Source of the DNA: an uncultured archaeon
GTDB taxonomy: Archaea > Asgardarchaeota > Heimdallarchaeia > Heimdallarchaeales > Kariarchaeaceae
NCBI GenBank assembly: GCA_964645535.1
Contig: CAZYCQ010000037.1
Coordinates: 1 to 31,859, forward strand
Direction: 5' to 3'
DNA length: 31,859 bases
Shown: positions 18,911-26,843 of the stretch, piece by piece
Layout: each line of letters begins with the position of its first letter
Position numbering within the stretch: the stretch's first letter is position 1
Translations under genes and position numbers: made by a program
The notes under the pieces: model-generated
Seen by the model: the letters and a program-made list of their open reading frames with translations, nothing else
What the model was told of the DNA's origin: nothing
The model's database searches: none

Positions 18911-19756
18911 ATGGGCACAGCTTCCTCAGATAATGATCTCATGGACGTCTTACGGGACATCAGTTCAAAGTTTGATCTCATCACTGATAGATTGGACAAT
19001 CTTGACGGGAGGGTCAACGAGATTACCAAAAGCATTGATCAGGATCTCAAGTTAAATTATCTTAATTCTGTCGTCCGTTTCCTTGAACGTGAGGCTATCG
19101 ACCTGATCAATACCATGTCATGTAGTTATAAGCCCGAAACGGAAATCCACTGTAAGTCTTGGGTTACTCTGAACATCAAAGGATATTTGGACAATCTCTC
19201 CATGGGAAATCTGACTGGTGCCTATGTAATGCTGAAACAATTCTTGGGGCAAGTCAAGAAAAATTCATTGGATGTCGAAAAAAACATTCATTGCCGAAGC
19301 GAATGGCTCCAATTACTGGACACCTTGGAAAACCATCTTGACTTCATTCAGGAAATTTCGACATTATTCGTGCCTAAGCATCTTGCTAATTCGTTGGATG
19401 AGGGGGATTTTGATCCGGATTTTGTTAGCGATATGTTTGTAGTACCTCTTTCACATCCTCTCAGAATAAAGATTATTCATTCGCTTATGAATTCGAGTAA
19501 GCGGTTTACGGCCCTGAAAAAGGAATTGGATATCAAGAATACCGGATTGCTTGTCCACCATATGAAACCTCTTACTGATGCTGGATTTGTTACACAAAAC
19601 TACAAGAAGGAATATCTTCTGACTGAAAGAGGTCATCTGATTGCCCGGTTCCTTTCTCAGATCGATGCAAGTCTCCGACCCAATAGTTCCTTGAGTTTGG
19701 AGAGTCCTGTAATCAGTAACCTCAATGTCACTGAATTAAAGGTAATCAATGACTGA
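18911..19756 (+). CDS. Transcriptional regulator with C-terminal ArsR-like winged HTH and helical Cys-containing N-terminus
   Basis: PLSHPLRIKIIHSL...RFTALKKEL...LLVHHMKPLTDAGFV...YLLTERG. Confidence 0.8.
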   Translation: MGTASSDNDLMDVLRDISSKFDLITDRLDNLDGRVNEITKSIDQDLKLNYLNSVVRFLEREAIDLINTMSCSYKPETEIHCKSWVTLNIKGYLDNLSMGNLTGAYVMLKQFLGQVKKNSLDVEKNIHCRSEWLQLLDTLENHLDFIQEISTLFVPKHLANSLDEGDFDPDFVSDMFVVPLSHPLRIKIIHSLMNSSKRFTALKKELDIKNTGLLVHHMKPLTDAGFVTQNYKKEYLLTERGHLIARFLSQIDASLRPNSSLSLESPVISNLNVTELKVIND

Positions 19757-19790
19757 AACCAGTCCTAGGCAAAAGCGCTTCCTTTTTTAA

Positions 19791-21080
19791 TTGTCCCTGA
19801 AATGCCAGTTTATGGAATTTTCATCTCGAATTCAGGGTTTCCACAAGCTTTCCCAAGAGGAACGAATCAACAAAATCAAGGAACTCTGCCAATTATCGCA
19901 AGACGACGTAGATGTTCTTCTTGTCAAAACTCCTGCTTTGGATCTTTTTGATAGGATGATTGAGAACAACATTGGCGTCATGCAGGTTCCGATCGGTGTT
20001 GCTACTAACTTCATCATTGACGGAAAGGAACGTCTGGTAACCATGGCTGTTGAGGAAGCAAGTGTCGTTGCCGCTGCTTCTAATGCAGCTCGAATGACTC
20101 GACCCCATGGAGGCTTCTTTACATCATCAACCGGATCTCATATGATCGGTCAAATACAGGTACTTGATGTAACTGCACCAGAATTTGCAGCTCAGGAGGT
20201 TCTTTCCAACAAGCAGAAGATTCTGGATCTTGCAAATGAACAGGATCCGATTCTTGTGAAATTTGGTGGTGGTGCCGTTGATCTTGAGACACGAATTATC
20301 GGCTCTGCAATTGGAGATATGCTTGTGATCCATCTGATTGTGAACACACTGGATGCCATGGGCGCAAATGCAGTCAACACAATGGCAGAGGCTGTTGCTC
20401 CATTGATTGAGGAAATTACCGGTGGTAATGTGAGGCTGAGAATACTGAGCAATCTCGCTGATAGACGCATCGTTAGGGCAAGAGCCATATTTGACAAGGA
20501 ACTTCTTGGTGGGGATGATGTCGTGGACGGAATCATTGAGGCTTGGGCTTTTGCCGATGCGGATCCATATCGGGCAGCAACCCATAACAAGGGTATCATG
20601 AATGCCATTTCCGCCATTACTCTGGCAACTGCAAATGATTGGAGGGCAATTGAGGCTGGTGCTCATGCATATGCTGCACGCAATGGCTATTACGGTTCAC
20701 TTACCACATATGAAATCACGGATGATGGGCATCTTGCCGGCACCATCGAATTGCCCTTGGCACTTGGAACCATTGGTGGAGCAACAAAGATCCATCCCAC
20801 TGCCCAAGTCAATCTAAAGATCATGGGTGTAACTGGTGCACAAGATTTGGCTTCGATTGTTGCATCTGTAGGACTTGCCCAAAATCTTGCCGCGTTACGT
20901 GCTCTGGCAACTGAAGGTATCCAAAAGGGCCACATGAAACTCCATGCCCGAAATTTGGCCGCCCAAGCTGGTGCAGTTGGGGATGAAGTGGATCTTGTTG
21001 CCAAAAAGATGGTCGAGGAAGGAAAAGTTCGAGCCGATCGAGCAGCCGAGATTTTGGAAGAAATCCGAAAGCAGGCCTAA
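19791..21080 (+). CDS. mvaA: Class II hydroxymethylglutaryl-CoA reductase
   Basis: MIENNIG, EEASVVAAAS, DAMGANAVNT, RILSNL, RAATHNKGIMN, GLAQNLAALRAL, GIQKGHMKLH. The ATG at 19812 is a likely start. Confidence 0.95.
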   Translation: MSLKCQFMEFSSRIQGFHKLSQEERINKIKELCQLSQDDVDVLLVKTPALDLFDRMIENNIGVMQVPIGVATNFIIDGKERLVTMAVEEASVVAAASNAARMTRPHGGFFTSSTGSHMIGQIQVLDVTAPEFAAQEVLSNKQKILDLANEQDPILVKFGGGAVDLETRIIGSAIGDMLVIHLIVNTLDAMGANAVNTMAEAVAPLIEEITGGNVRLRILSNLADRRIVRARAIFDKELLGGDDVVDGIIEAWAFADADPYRAATHNKGIMNAISAITLATANDWRAIEAGAHAYAARNGYYGSLTTYEITDDGHLAGTIELPLALGTIGGATKIHPTAQVNLKIMGVTGAQDLASIVASVGLAQNLAALRALATEGIQKGHMKLHARNLAAQAGAVGDEVDLVAKKMVEEGKVRADRAAEILEEIRKQA

Positions 21081-21691
21081 CGCTCGTTTTCTCTAACTAA
21101 TCTGCCCACTACAAGATATCTATTCTGATTGAGGGGGAGCTCTCTTACCTTGTTGTTGACATATTTTATGAATTTATTGCATTTATAGGGTCTATGAATA
21201 ATGGAAAGGGTTCCAAATCCAAATGGAAGGAAAATGTAACTGTCTGGTGGTTTATAATAGGTTACAATACCTCCACATTCCTGTTTCCAATTTGGAGTCA
21301 AATCCAGACAAAATTCTAGGTAATCGCCTCTTTGTGTTTCTTCATGCATGATCGTATAGTCCTTCCATCCCAGTTTAAGGATCTGTCCTTTTACATCTAT
21401 GATATGTTCCTTTGTGATTTCCCCAATAAGATCCTTGAACTCAATTGATTTGAGGAATCCTCGTAACCTTGGGGTCATTCTTGCCTTCAGGAGATTGTAT
21501 TTGATTGGATTTCTTTCCCTGACATAGTTTGCCTCTGCAACTTCTTCAAAAAGTTTCTTTGCGAATTCTCCTTTCAGAAAATTGACCATTGAAAAGCTAG
21601 GAAGCACATCATATTCAAAAAAATGCTTTTGCAAGGTTTTTATTGCCTCATCTTCAAAGTATGCGGAATTGATATACTCACTCTGCTGCAT
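21077..21691 (-). CDS. Degenerate 2OG-Fe(II) oxygenase-fold protein resembling the OGFOD1/Tpa1/Ofd1 C-terminal domain
   Basis: YINSAY...NFL, YTIMHEE, WKQECGGIVTY, LSIIHR...KFIKYVN. The distal iron-binding His is absent. Overlaps the upstream paralog by 14 nt, with GGGTGG before the ATG. Confidence 0.75.
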   Translation of the reverse strand: MQQSEYINSAYFEDEAIKTLQKHFFEYDVLPSFSMVNFLKGEFAKKLFEEVAEANYVRERNPIKYNLLKARMTPRLRGFLKSIEFKDLIGEITKEHIIDVKGQILKLGWKDYTIMHEETQRGDYLEFCLDLTPNWKQECGGIVTYYKPPDSYIFLPFGFGTLSIIHRPYKCNKFIKYVNNKVRELPLNQNRYLVVGRLVRENER

Positions 21692-22313
21692 GGAACCACC
21701 CTGTTAATGTCGCTCGAAATGTCTCTCCAACCACTTCATCCACTTCATGAAATGAGTGGGGGGTTACCTCAAAAAAGACAAACTTATTGAATTCAGGTCT
21801 AATGCTTTTCACGATTCTGGCCGGTCTATCTCCTACACAATCAAAAAAATTCAAGGTTCCACCTTCTTTTTGCTCTAGATCTGAAAGATAGATGATAAAT
21901 GCAATTTTTCGCCCAGGGATTTGGTCATCATGACAAAGGAGATAATCCGTATCTGAATAGAGATTGGCAGTTAAATCAACTTTATTCCTTTTCAGTCTCA
22001 AACCGGAGACGGTTTCCATCCAAATCATAAAGTCTTCCGACATAAGAAATTTCTTGAAATCTCGAAGAAACTTCGAATTTGAATTTTCTAGGTCATCGGT
22101 TTGCAGGAATTGAAACAAGTCAGAATCCTTTCGTTCAAAGTGTTCATCTTGCAGTGCATCGATTACTTCTAGAAGGATGTTTTCATGAAAGAAGTTATCA
22201 ATCTCTAGATGCTTGAATGGAGAAGCCTCCTTAAAATCCTCATGAAGTTTTTGCATTGCGCCCTCATTGAGGTATTCTTTATTGACAAACTCATCGAGGA
22301 TTTTCCCTTCCAT
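21678..22313 (-). CDS. 2OG-Fe(II) oxygenase resembling the OGFOD1/Tpa1 catalytic domain
   Basis: SPFKHLEIDNFF, DLFQFLQTDDL, LLCHDD...RKIAFIIYL, GGTLNFF, FNKFVFFEVTPHSFHEVDEV, RATLTGWFH. HxD...H triad and 2OG-binding Arg intact. Confidence 0.9.
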   Translation of the reverse strand: MEGKILDEFVNKEYLNEGAMQKLHEDFKEASPFKHLEIDNFFHENILLEVIDALQDEHFERKDSDLFQFLQTDDLENSNSKFLRDFKKFLMSEDFMIWMETVSGLRLKRNKVDLTANLYSDTDYLLCHDDQIPGRKIAFIIYLSDLEQKEGGTLNFFDCVGDRPARIVKSIRPEFNKFVFFEVTPHSFHEVDEVVGETFRATLTGWFHAAE

Positions 22314-22388
22314 TTATGTCTCCTTCATTTGGGGACTACAAAAGGTTTCTCCCCGACAATTGGCTGGGATAAAGCTAATCTATTTTAA

Positions 22389-23678
22389 GTGTCCTTTTAT
22401 GGACATTATGTGAGCGGTCAAACCATTGCGGAAAAGATCCTTTCTTCTCATTCGATTGACGGAAGGGATGTCTATGCAGGAGATCGTGTAGATGTCCAAC
22501 CCGCGTCCATTTTGACGAATGAAATGCTTCCTATGGTCGCTATTCCAAAATTTTACAAAACAGGTGCAAAACGTGTCAATGAGCACTTCGCTAAAAATAC
22601 TCTTGCAATTTTGGATCATGGTGGATTTGGAACAACTGATAAGATGATAAATCTCCATCAAATCGCAAAACATTTCGCCAAACAGTTTGGCATTGAGCTT
22701 GCTCCTGCGGGTGCAGGAATCTCACATGTGGTCTTCCACGAACGAGGGATGGTTCAGTCAGGCGATCTGATCCTTGGAAGTGATAGTCATACTGTCAGCC
22801 ATGGTGCTTTCAATGCGTTTGCCAAAGGCATCGGCGGCTCCGATCTCGTTGAACTTATGGTCAAGGGAACAACTTGGCTTGATGTGCCTGAAACTATTTC
22901 AATTGAGGTTACAGGGAAGCTCCGAAAGGGTGTTTACAGCAAAGACCTCCTGTTGACCATGCTCGGAGAAAAAACAACAGAATGGGGTACTGATCGATGC
23001 TTTGAATATTCTGGCGAAGGTATTTTGGATCTATCTATAGAGGCACGCCTAACTATGAGCAATATGGCTGTAGAAATGGGTGGTGTTGCAGGAATAATGC
23101 CCAATGACCGAAAATTGGAAAATTATCTGGCCTCAGTTCCTGTGAGAAGACCACCAAATCCCATTAGTCCTGATAAAGACGCTCAATACTATGAAGAATA
23201 CACGATTGATGCAGGGGAAGTGGTTCCAGTTGTGGCCTGTCCCCACTCTCCCGACAATGTCAAACCTGTAGAGGAAGTGGGCGATGTTGAATTGGATCAG
23301 GTATTCATAGGCTCTTGTACTAATGCCAGAATTGAAGACTTGGAAGTGGTCGCCAAAATTCTGAAAGGGAAAAAGGTAAGTGTGGAGACACTTATTATTC
23401 CTGGATCTTCTGCAGTAGGGCTGGAAGCTGTCAAAAGAGGGTATGTTGAGATATTCATGGAAGCTGGCGCTACTTGGGCCTACTCCACATGTGGTGCATG
23501 TTACGGTGGTACTCTTGGACGCGTTGGTCCTGGAATGACCGCTTTGAGCACAACAAACAGAAACTTCATCGGAAGAATGGGTGGCGATAAAACAAGCAAA
23601 ACATATCTTGCCTCTCCGGCAACCGCAGCCGCTTCTGCAATTGCAGGCAAGATCGTAACTGCTGGATATGGTGATTGA
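22389..23678 (+). CDS. 3-isopropylmalate dehydratase/homoaconitase family large subunit (LeuC/HacA-like)
   Basis: TIAEKIL, DH, GISH, GSDSHT, FIGSCTNARIEDL, CGACYG, STTNRNFIGRMG, YLASP. GTG at 22410 is a probable start. Confidence 0.92.
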   Translation: MSFYGHYVSGQTIAEKILSSHSIDGRDVYAGDRVDVQPASILTNEMLPMVAIPKFYKTGAKRVNEHFAKNTLAILDHGGFGTTDKMINLHQIAKHFAKQFGIELAPAGAGISHVVFHERGMVQSGDLILGSDSHTVSHGAFNAFAKGIGGSDLVELMVKGTTWLDVPETISIEVTGKLRKGVYSKDLLLTMLGEKTTEWGTDRCFEYSGEGILDLSIEARLTMSNMAVEMGGVAGIMPNDRKLENYLASVPVRRPPNPISPDKDAQYYEEYTIDAGEVVPVVACPHSPDNVKPVEEVGDVELDQVFIGSCTNARIEDLEVVAKILKGKKVSVETLIIPGSSAVGLEAVKRGYVEIFMEAGATWAYSTCGACYGGTLGRVGPGMTALSTTNRNFIGRMGGDKTSKTYLASPATAAASAIAGKIVTAGYGD

Positions 23679-24225
23679 AATGAATGATGCAATAAATCTT
23701 TCTGAAATCAAGGGTAAAGCAATGAAGTTCGGTGACGGAATGAATACCGACATCATTATCCCATCACAATATCTTGAGGATTCCGATCCCAATGTATTCT
23801 GTAAATATGTAATGGCTGCTGTAAGACCAACGACATACGAAGAAATCCAACAGAGGGGAGACACAATATTTGTAGGGGGAAAAGATTTTGGATCAGGGTC
23901 TTCCCGCGAACAGGCTCCTGATGCAATTAAATATGCGGGCGTGAAGGCTGTGGTGGCTGAATCGTTTGCCTCTATCTTTTTCAGAAATTGTGTTAATGTA
24001 GGTCTTCCTTTGCTTGAAGTACCAGACATTACGTCTCATATTGATGAGGGAGATGAGATCATTGTCAATCTTGAGGAAGGGACTGTAACAAAGCTAGCAA
24101 CTAATGAGGTTTTCAAAGGTGAAAAAATAGAGCCGTTTCTGCTCAACAAGTTAAGAAAAGGCGGTTTAATCCCTGAATTACGTGAATTTGTGAAGGAACA
24201 TGGCTTAGATGTTCCACAGCAATGA
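23668..24225 (+). CDS. 3-isopropylmalate dehydratase/homoaconitase family small subunit (LeuD/HacB-like)
   Basis: NTDIIIP, FGSGSSREQA, AESFASIFFRNCVNVGLP. Overlaps the large-subunit gene. Confidence 0.92.
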   Translation: MVIEMNDAINLSEIKGKAMKFGDGMNTDIIIPSQYLEDSDPNVFCKYVMAAVRPTTYEEIQQRGDTIFVGGKDFGSGSSREQAPDAIKYAGVKAVVAESFASIFFRNCVNVGLPLLEVPDITSHIDEGDEIIVNLEEGTVTKLATNEVFKGEKIEPFLLNKLRKGGLIPELREFVKEHGLDVPQQ

Positions 24226-24279
24226 TGTACGAACGATTCCCGACAATTTTTAAAAGAAGAAAGACATAATAGGATTGCA

Positions 24280-25053
24280 ATGTCTGAAGAGGTACCGAAA
24301 CCAGACCCAAATGTTCCTAGCGCTGAGGCGCTCAATAAGGAAATTGAAGAGCTGAAATCCAAACTTTCTGCTGCAGAAAGCCAAATTGCAGAAAAAGATG
24401 CTAAAATAGCTGAATTAGAAGCCAAGGTCGGAGAGCTCGAATCTGCTAAAGCTAAAATCTCTGAACTTGAAAGTAAAGTCTCTTCTCTTGAATCTGCCCT
24501 CCAAGAAAAGGATGCAAAGATTGCTGAACTGGAAACCAAGGCAAATGCAGCAGAATCTGATGCCCAGAAACTTGCTGAATTGCAGGCACGCCTTCAAGAA
24601 CTTGAGACATCTGCCAAGGAAAAGGATGCAAAGGTTTCAGATCTTGAAGGCAAACTTTCCTCTGTAGAGAGTCGAGCAAAGGAGATGGAACAGAAAACTG
24701 CTGAAATGCAATCTCAAGTTGAAGAATTCAAAAAAGAAATAGAGGCTAAAGAAAGTGAACTCCGTGAGAAGGATGCCAAGATCCAAGAACTTTCCGAGAT
24801 TGCAGAACGTGCAAAGGCAACAGAAGGATCTGCCCAAGAACTGAAAGTGCTCCGTGTGCTTGCCAAGATATCCGATGTCTATGATATCTGGACAGTGCTC
24901 AATGACCAAAAACGTATTTCTGTCAGAAAATTGGCCATGCAGGCAGGCAGGAATATCAATTCCGTTCAAGAAATGGTCGAGGGTCTTGAGAAAGCAGGTT
25001 TAGTAAAATTTGAAGACAGTGATGAAGGAACTCTTGTTGTAATCGTCGAATGA
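24280..25053 (+). CDS. Repetitive coiled-coil protein with C-terminal winged-helix-like domain
   Basis: Recurring EKDAKI/VxE/DL units in heptads over about 170 aa, then ISVRKLAMQAGRNINSVQEMVEGLEKAGLVKF. Confidence 0.8.
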   Translation: MSEEVPKPDPNVPSAEALNKEIEELKSKLSAAESQIAEKDAKIAELEAKVGELESAKAKISELESKVSSLESALQEKDAKIAELETKANAAESDAQKLAELQARLQELETSAKEKDAKVSDLEGKLSSVESRAKEMEQKTAEMQSQVEEFKKEIEAKESELREKDAKIQELSEIAERAKATEGSAQELKVLRVLAKISDVYDIWTVLNDQKRISVRKLAMQAGRNINSVQEMVEGLEKAGLVKFEDSDEGTLVVIVE

Positions 25054-25959
25054 TTACAGCAAATGGGGTGTTTTTCCGCTTACCCTAGTTATATGGGATC
25101 TCAGATTGTTCTTGTTTATCCACTCGTCCACTTGACTTTGATCTTGTGGCAAAATTATCAATGTCTCTCCAATCATGGCCATAGTGACATAATGTTCTCC
25201 AATGCTCTCCAATGATGAAATTAGTCTTTGTACTCTCCTTGTTTGGAGGCCGCATGTTTTCATGAAACGCTTTCCGACAGTAAGAAGCTCCTCCAATGTA
25301 AGGGACTCACGATCTCTAAGTTCATCAACTGCCTTGATGCCAGCTTTTGTCACCAATTCCATCTGTTGTTCTGAGGTGAGAACATCCGCAGTTGACAATG
25401 GAGCAATAGGTACAATTATCAATTCTCTTCTTTCATCAAATGACTTTACCGTGGCAATTCCTGGAGCACCTTGGGTGATTCTGAGCTCAATTCCCTTGAC
25501 TGATTGGCCCAAAACGGATCCTAGTCCCGTATGGTTTTTTGCATCAGCTATGTGTGCAATCTGAAGTAGTTCCATGTAACTTAATCCCGTTTCCAAATAT
25601 TCATTCAAGGCAAGTGCAGTTCCTATAGCTCCTGCTCCGCTTGTTGAAAGGCCATGACCAATGGGCAGGCGAGATTGGTGTTCGACGGCAAATGTTCCTT
25701 CAGTATTTGTTCGAGTGAAAAATTCCTTCATCACCGTTTTGGTAACTTTTCCATCAATAGGTTCCCCATTAAATGTAACCGACATTTGGTCTGCTTCCAT
25801 CAATGTTGTTGTCATTCCCGTCTCAAAATTGATTCCTCCACCAATGCTTCCCATTTCCAGCAGGTCCGTTTTTTGTTCAGGAACTGCAAAAAATAGGGTT
25901 GCATGTGTTGGCGCCCAAGCTGAGGCTTTATGTTTCATCCATACCTGTGCTGAATTCAT
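25054..25959 (-). CDS. Pantoate kinase-like GHMP kinase
   Basis: WAPTHATLFF, GSIGGG, LPIGHGLSTSGAG, HIAD...TGLGSV, RITQGAPG, MAMIGET. Confidence 0.8.
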   Translation of the reverse strand: MNSAQVWMKHKASAWAPTHATLFFAVPEQKTDLLEMGSIGGGINFETGMTTTLMEADQMSVTFNGEPIDGKVTKTVMKEFFTRTNTEGTFAVEHQSRLPIGHGLSTSGAGAIGTALALNEYLETGLSYMELLQIAHIADAKNHTGLGSVLGQSVKGIELRITQGAPGIATVKSFDERRELIIVPIAPLSTADVLTSEQQMELVTKAGIKAVDELRDRESLTLEELLTVGKRFMKTCGLQTRRVQRLISSLESIGEHYVTMAMIGETLIILPQDQSQVDEWINKNNLRSHITRVSGKTPHLL

Positions 25960-25986
25960 TCCGTTTAAGGATTGCTTAAAGTTACC

Positions 25987-26811
25987 TTAACGGATATGGA
26001 ATTCCAAGGTTCCTATTCCTTCAACTCCACAAACTACCTTGCTTCCTCTTTGAAGTGTCTGTTTCGGTTCCATATAGTACCCAACACCTGAAGGCGTACC
26101 TGTCAATACAATGTCTCCCGGATACAAGGTGATGGCCTCGGAAATGAATGTAAGCAATTGATCAATAGGGTATATCATTTGGCTGGTAACGGCTTCTTGA
26201 CGTCTTTCTCCATCAACATCAAGCCATATCCTGAGATTTTTCGGATTTTGGATCTCATCTGCTGTCACAATCCACGGTCCAATCGGCAGGCTTTGATCAA
26301 AGGCTTTCCCTCGTGTCCATTGTTTCTCAGACTTTTGAACGTCCCTTACTGTCAAATCATTTGCCACTGTGTATCCAAAGATAGAATCCCATGGATCACT
26401 TCCCCTTTGCATCTCTTTACCTATAATGACTGCCAATTCCACCTCATAGTCCAGATACTTTCCATGTTTTGGGAAATCAATCGATGTTTTGTGCCCCACC
26501 ATGTTTGAGGGGTATTTTGAGAATAATAGTGGTTTTCCTTCAGGGGTCTTCCCTTGCTCAGTAATATGTTCCATGTAATTTCGACCGATACAGATGATTT
26601 TTCCCGGTCTAGATATTGGTGGAAGCCATTCGATGTGCTTCGAAATATCTATTGGATCGGAAAGTTTTACCTTCTGCAAAAAATCATCTTCTAGAAGAAA
26701 CCGTTCAATACCCAAATCATTTCTTACTTGATCCTCAATCAGTTTAACTCCGTCCTTCTCATGGATTGAATAGAATTCCTTACCATCGATCCTTATTCTT
26801 GCAATTTTCAT
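25987..26811 (-). CDS. Fumarylacetoacetate hydrolase family protein
   Basis: KIICIGRNYMEH, LDYEVELAVIIG, GYTVANDLTVRD, GKAFD, PGDIVLTGTPSGVG. Confidence 0.95.
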   Translation of the reverse strand: MKIARIRIDGKEFYSIHEKDGVKLIEDQVRNDLGIERFLLEDDFLQKVKLSDPIDISKHIEWLPPISRPGKIICIGRNYMEHITEQGKTPEGKPLLFSKYPSNMVGHKTSIDFPKHGKYLDYEVELAVIIGKEMQRGSDPWDSIFGYTVANDLTVRDVQKSEKQWTRGKAFDQSLPIGPWIVTADEIQNPKNLRIWLDVDGERRQEAVTSQMIYPIDQLLTFISEAITLYPGDIVLTGTPSGVGYYMEPKQTLQRGSKVVCGVEGIGTLEFHIR

Positions 26812-26843
26812 ATCTAAACGGATTGGCCGTAATTAAAATAAAT

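Noticed and set aside
21678-21691. Frameshifted single OGFOD1-like gene (pseudogene or assembly error)
   Set aside because: The second ORF has its own ATG and SD-like motif right at the domain start, there is no interdomain linker, and no slippery run is evident. Read-level confirmation is still advisable.
23133-24029. 298-aa minus-strand ORF
   Set aside because: Antisense shadow of the well-supported dehydratase genes, with no recognisable motifs.
24380-24790. DNA repeats as a CRISPR array or mobile repeat
   Set aside because: They are degenerate at third codon positions and encode the EKDAK peptide repeats.
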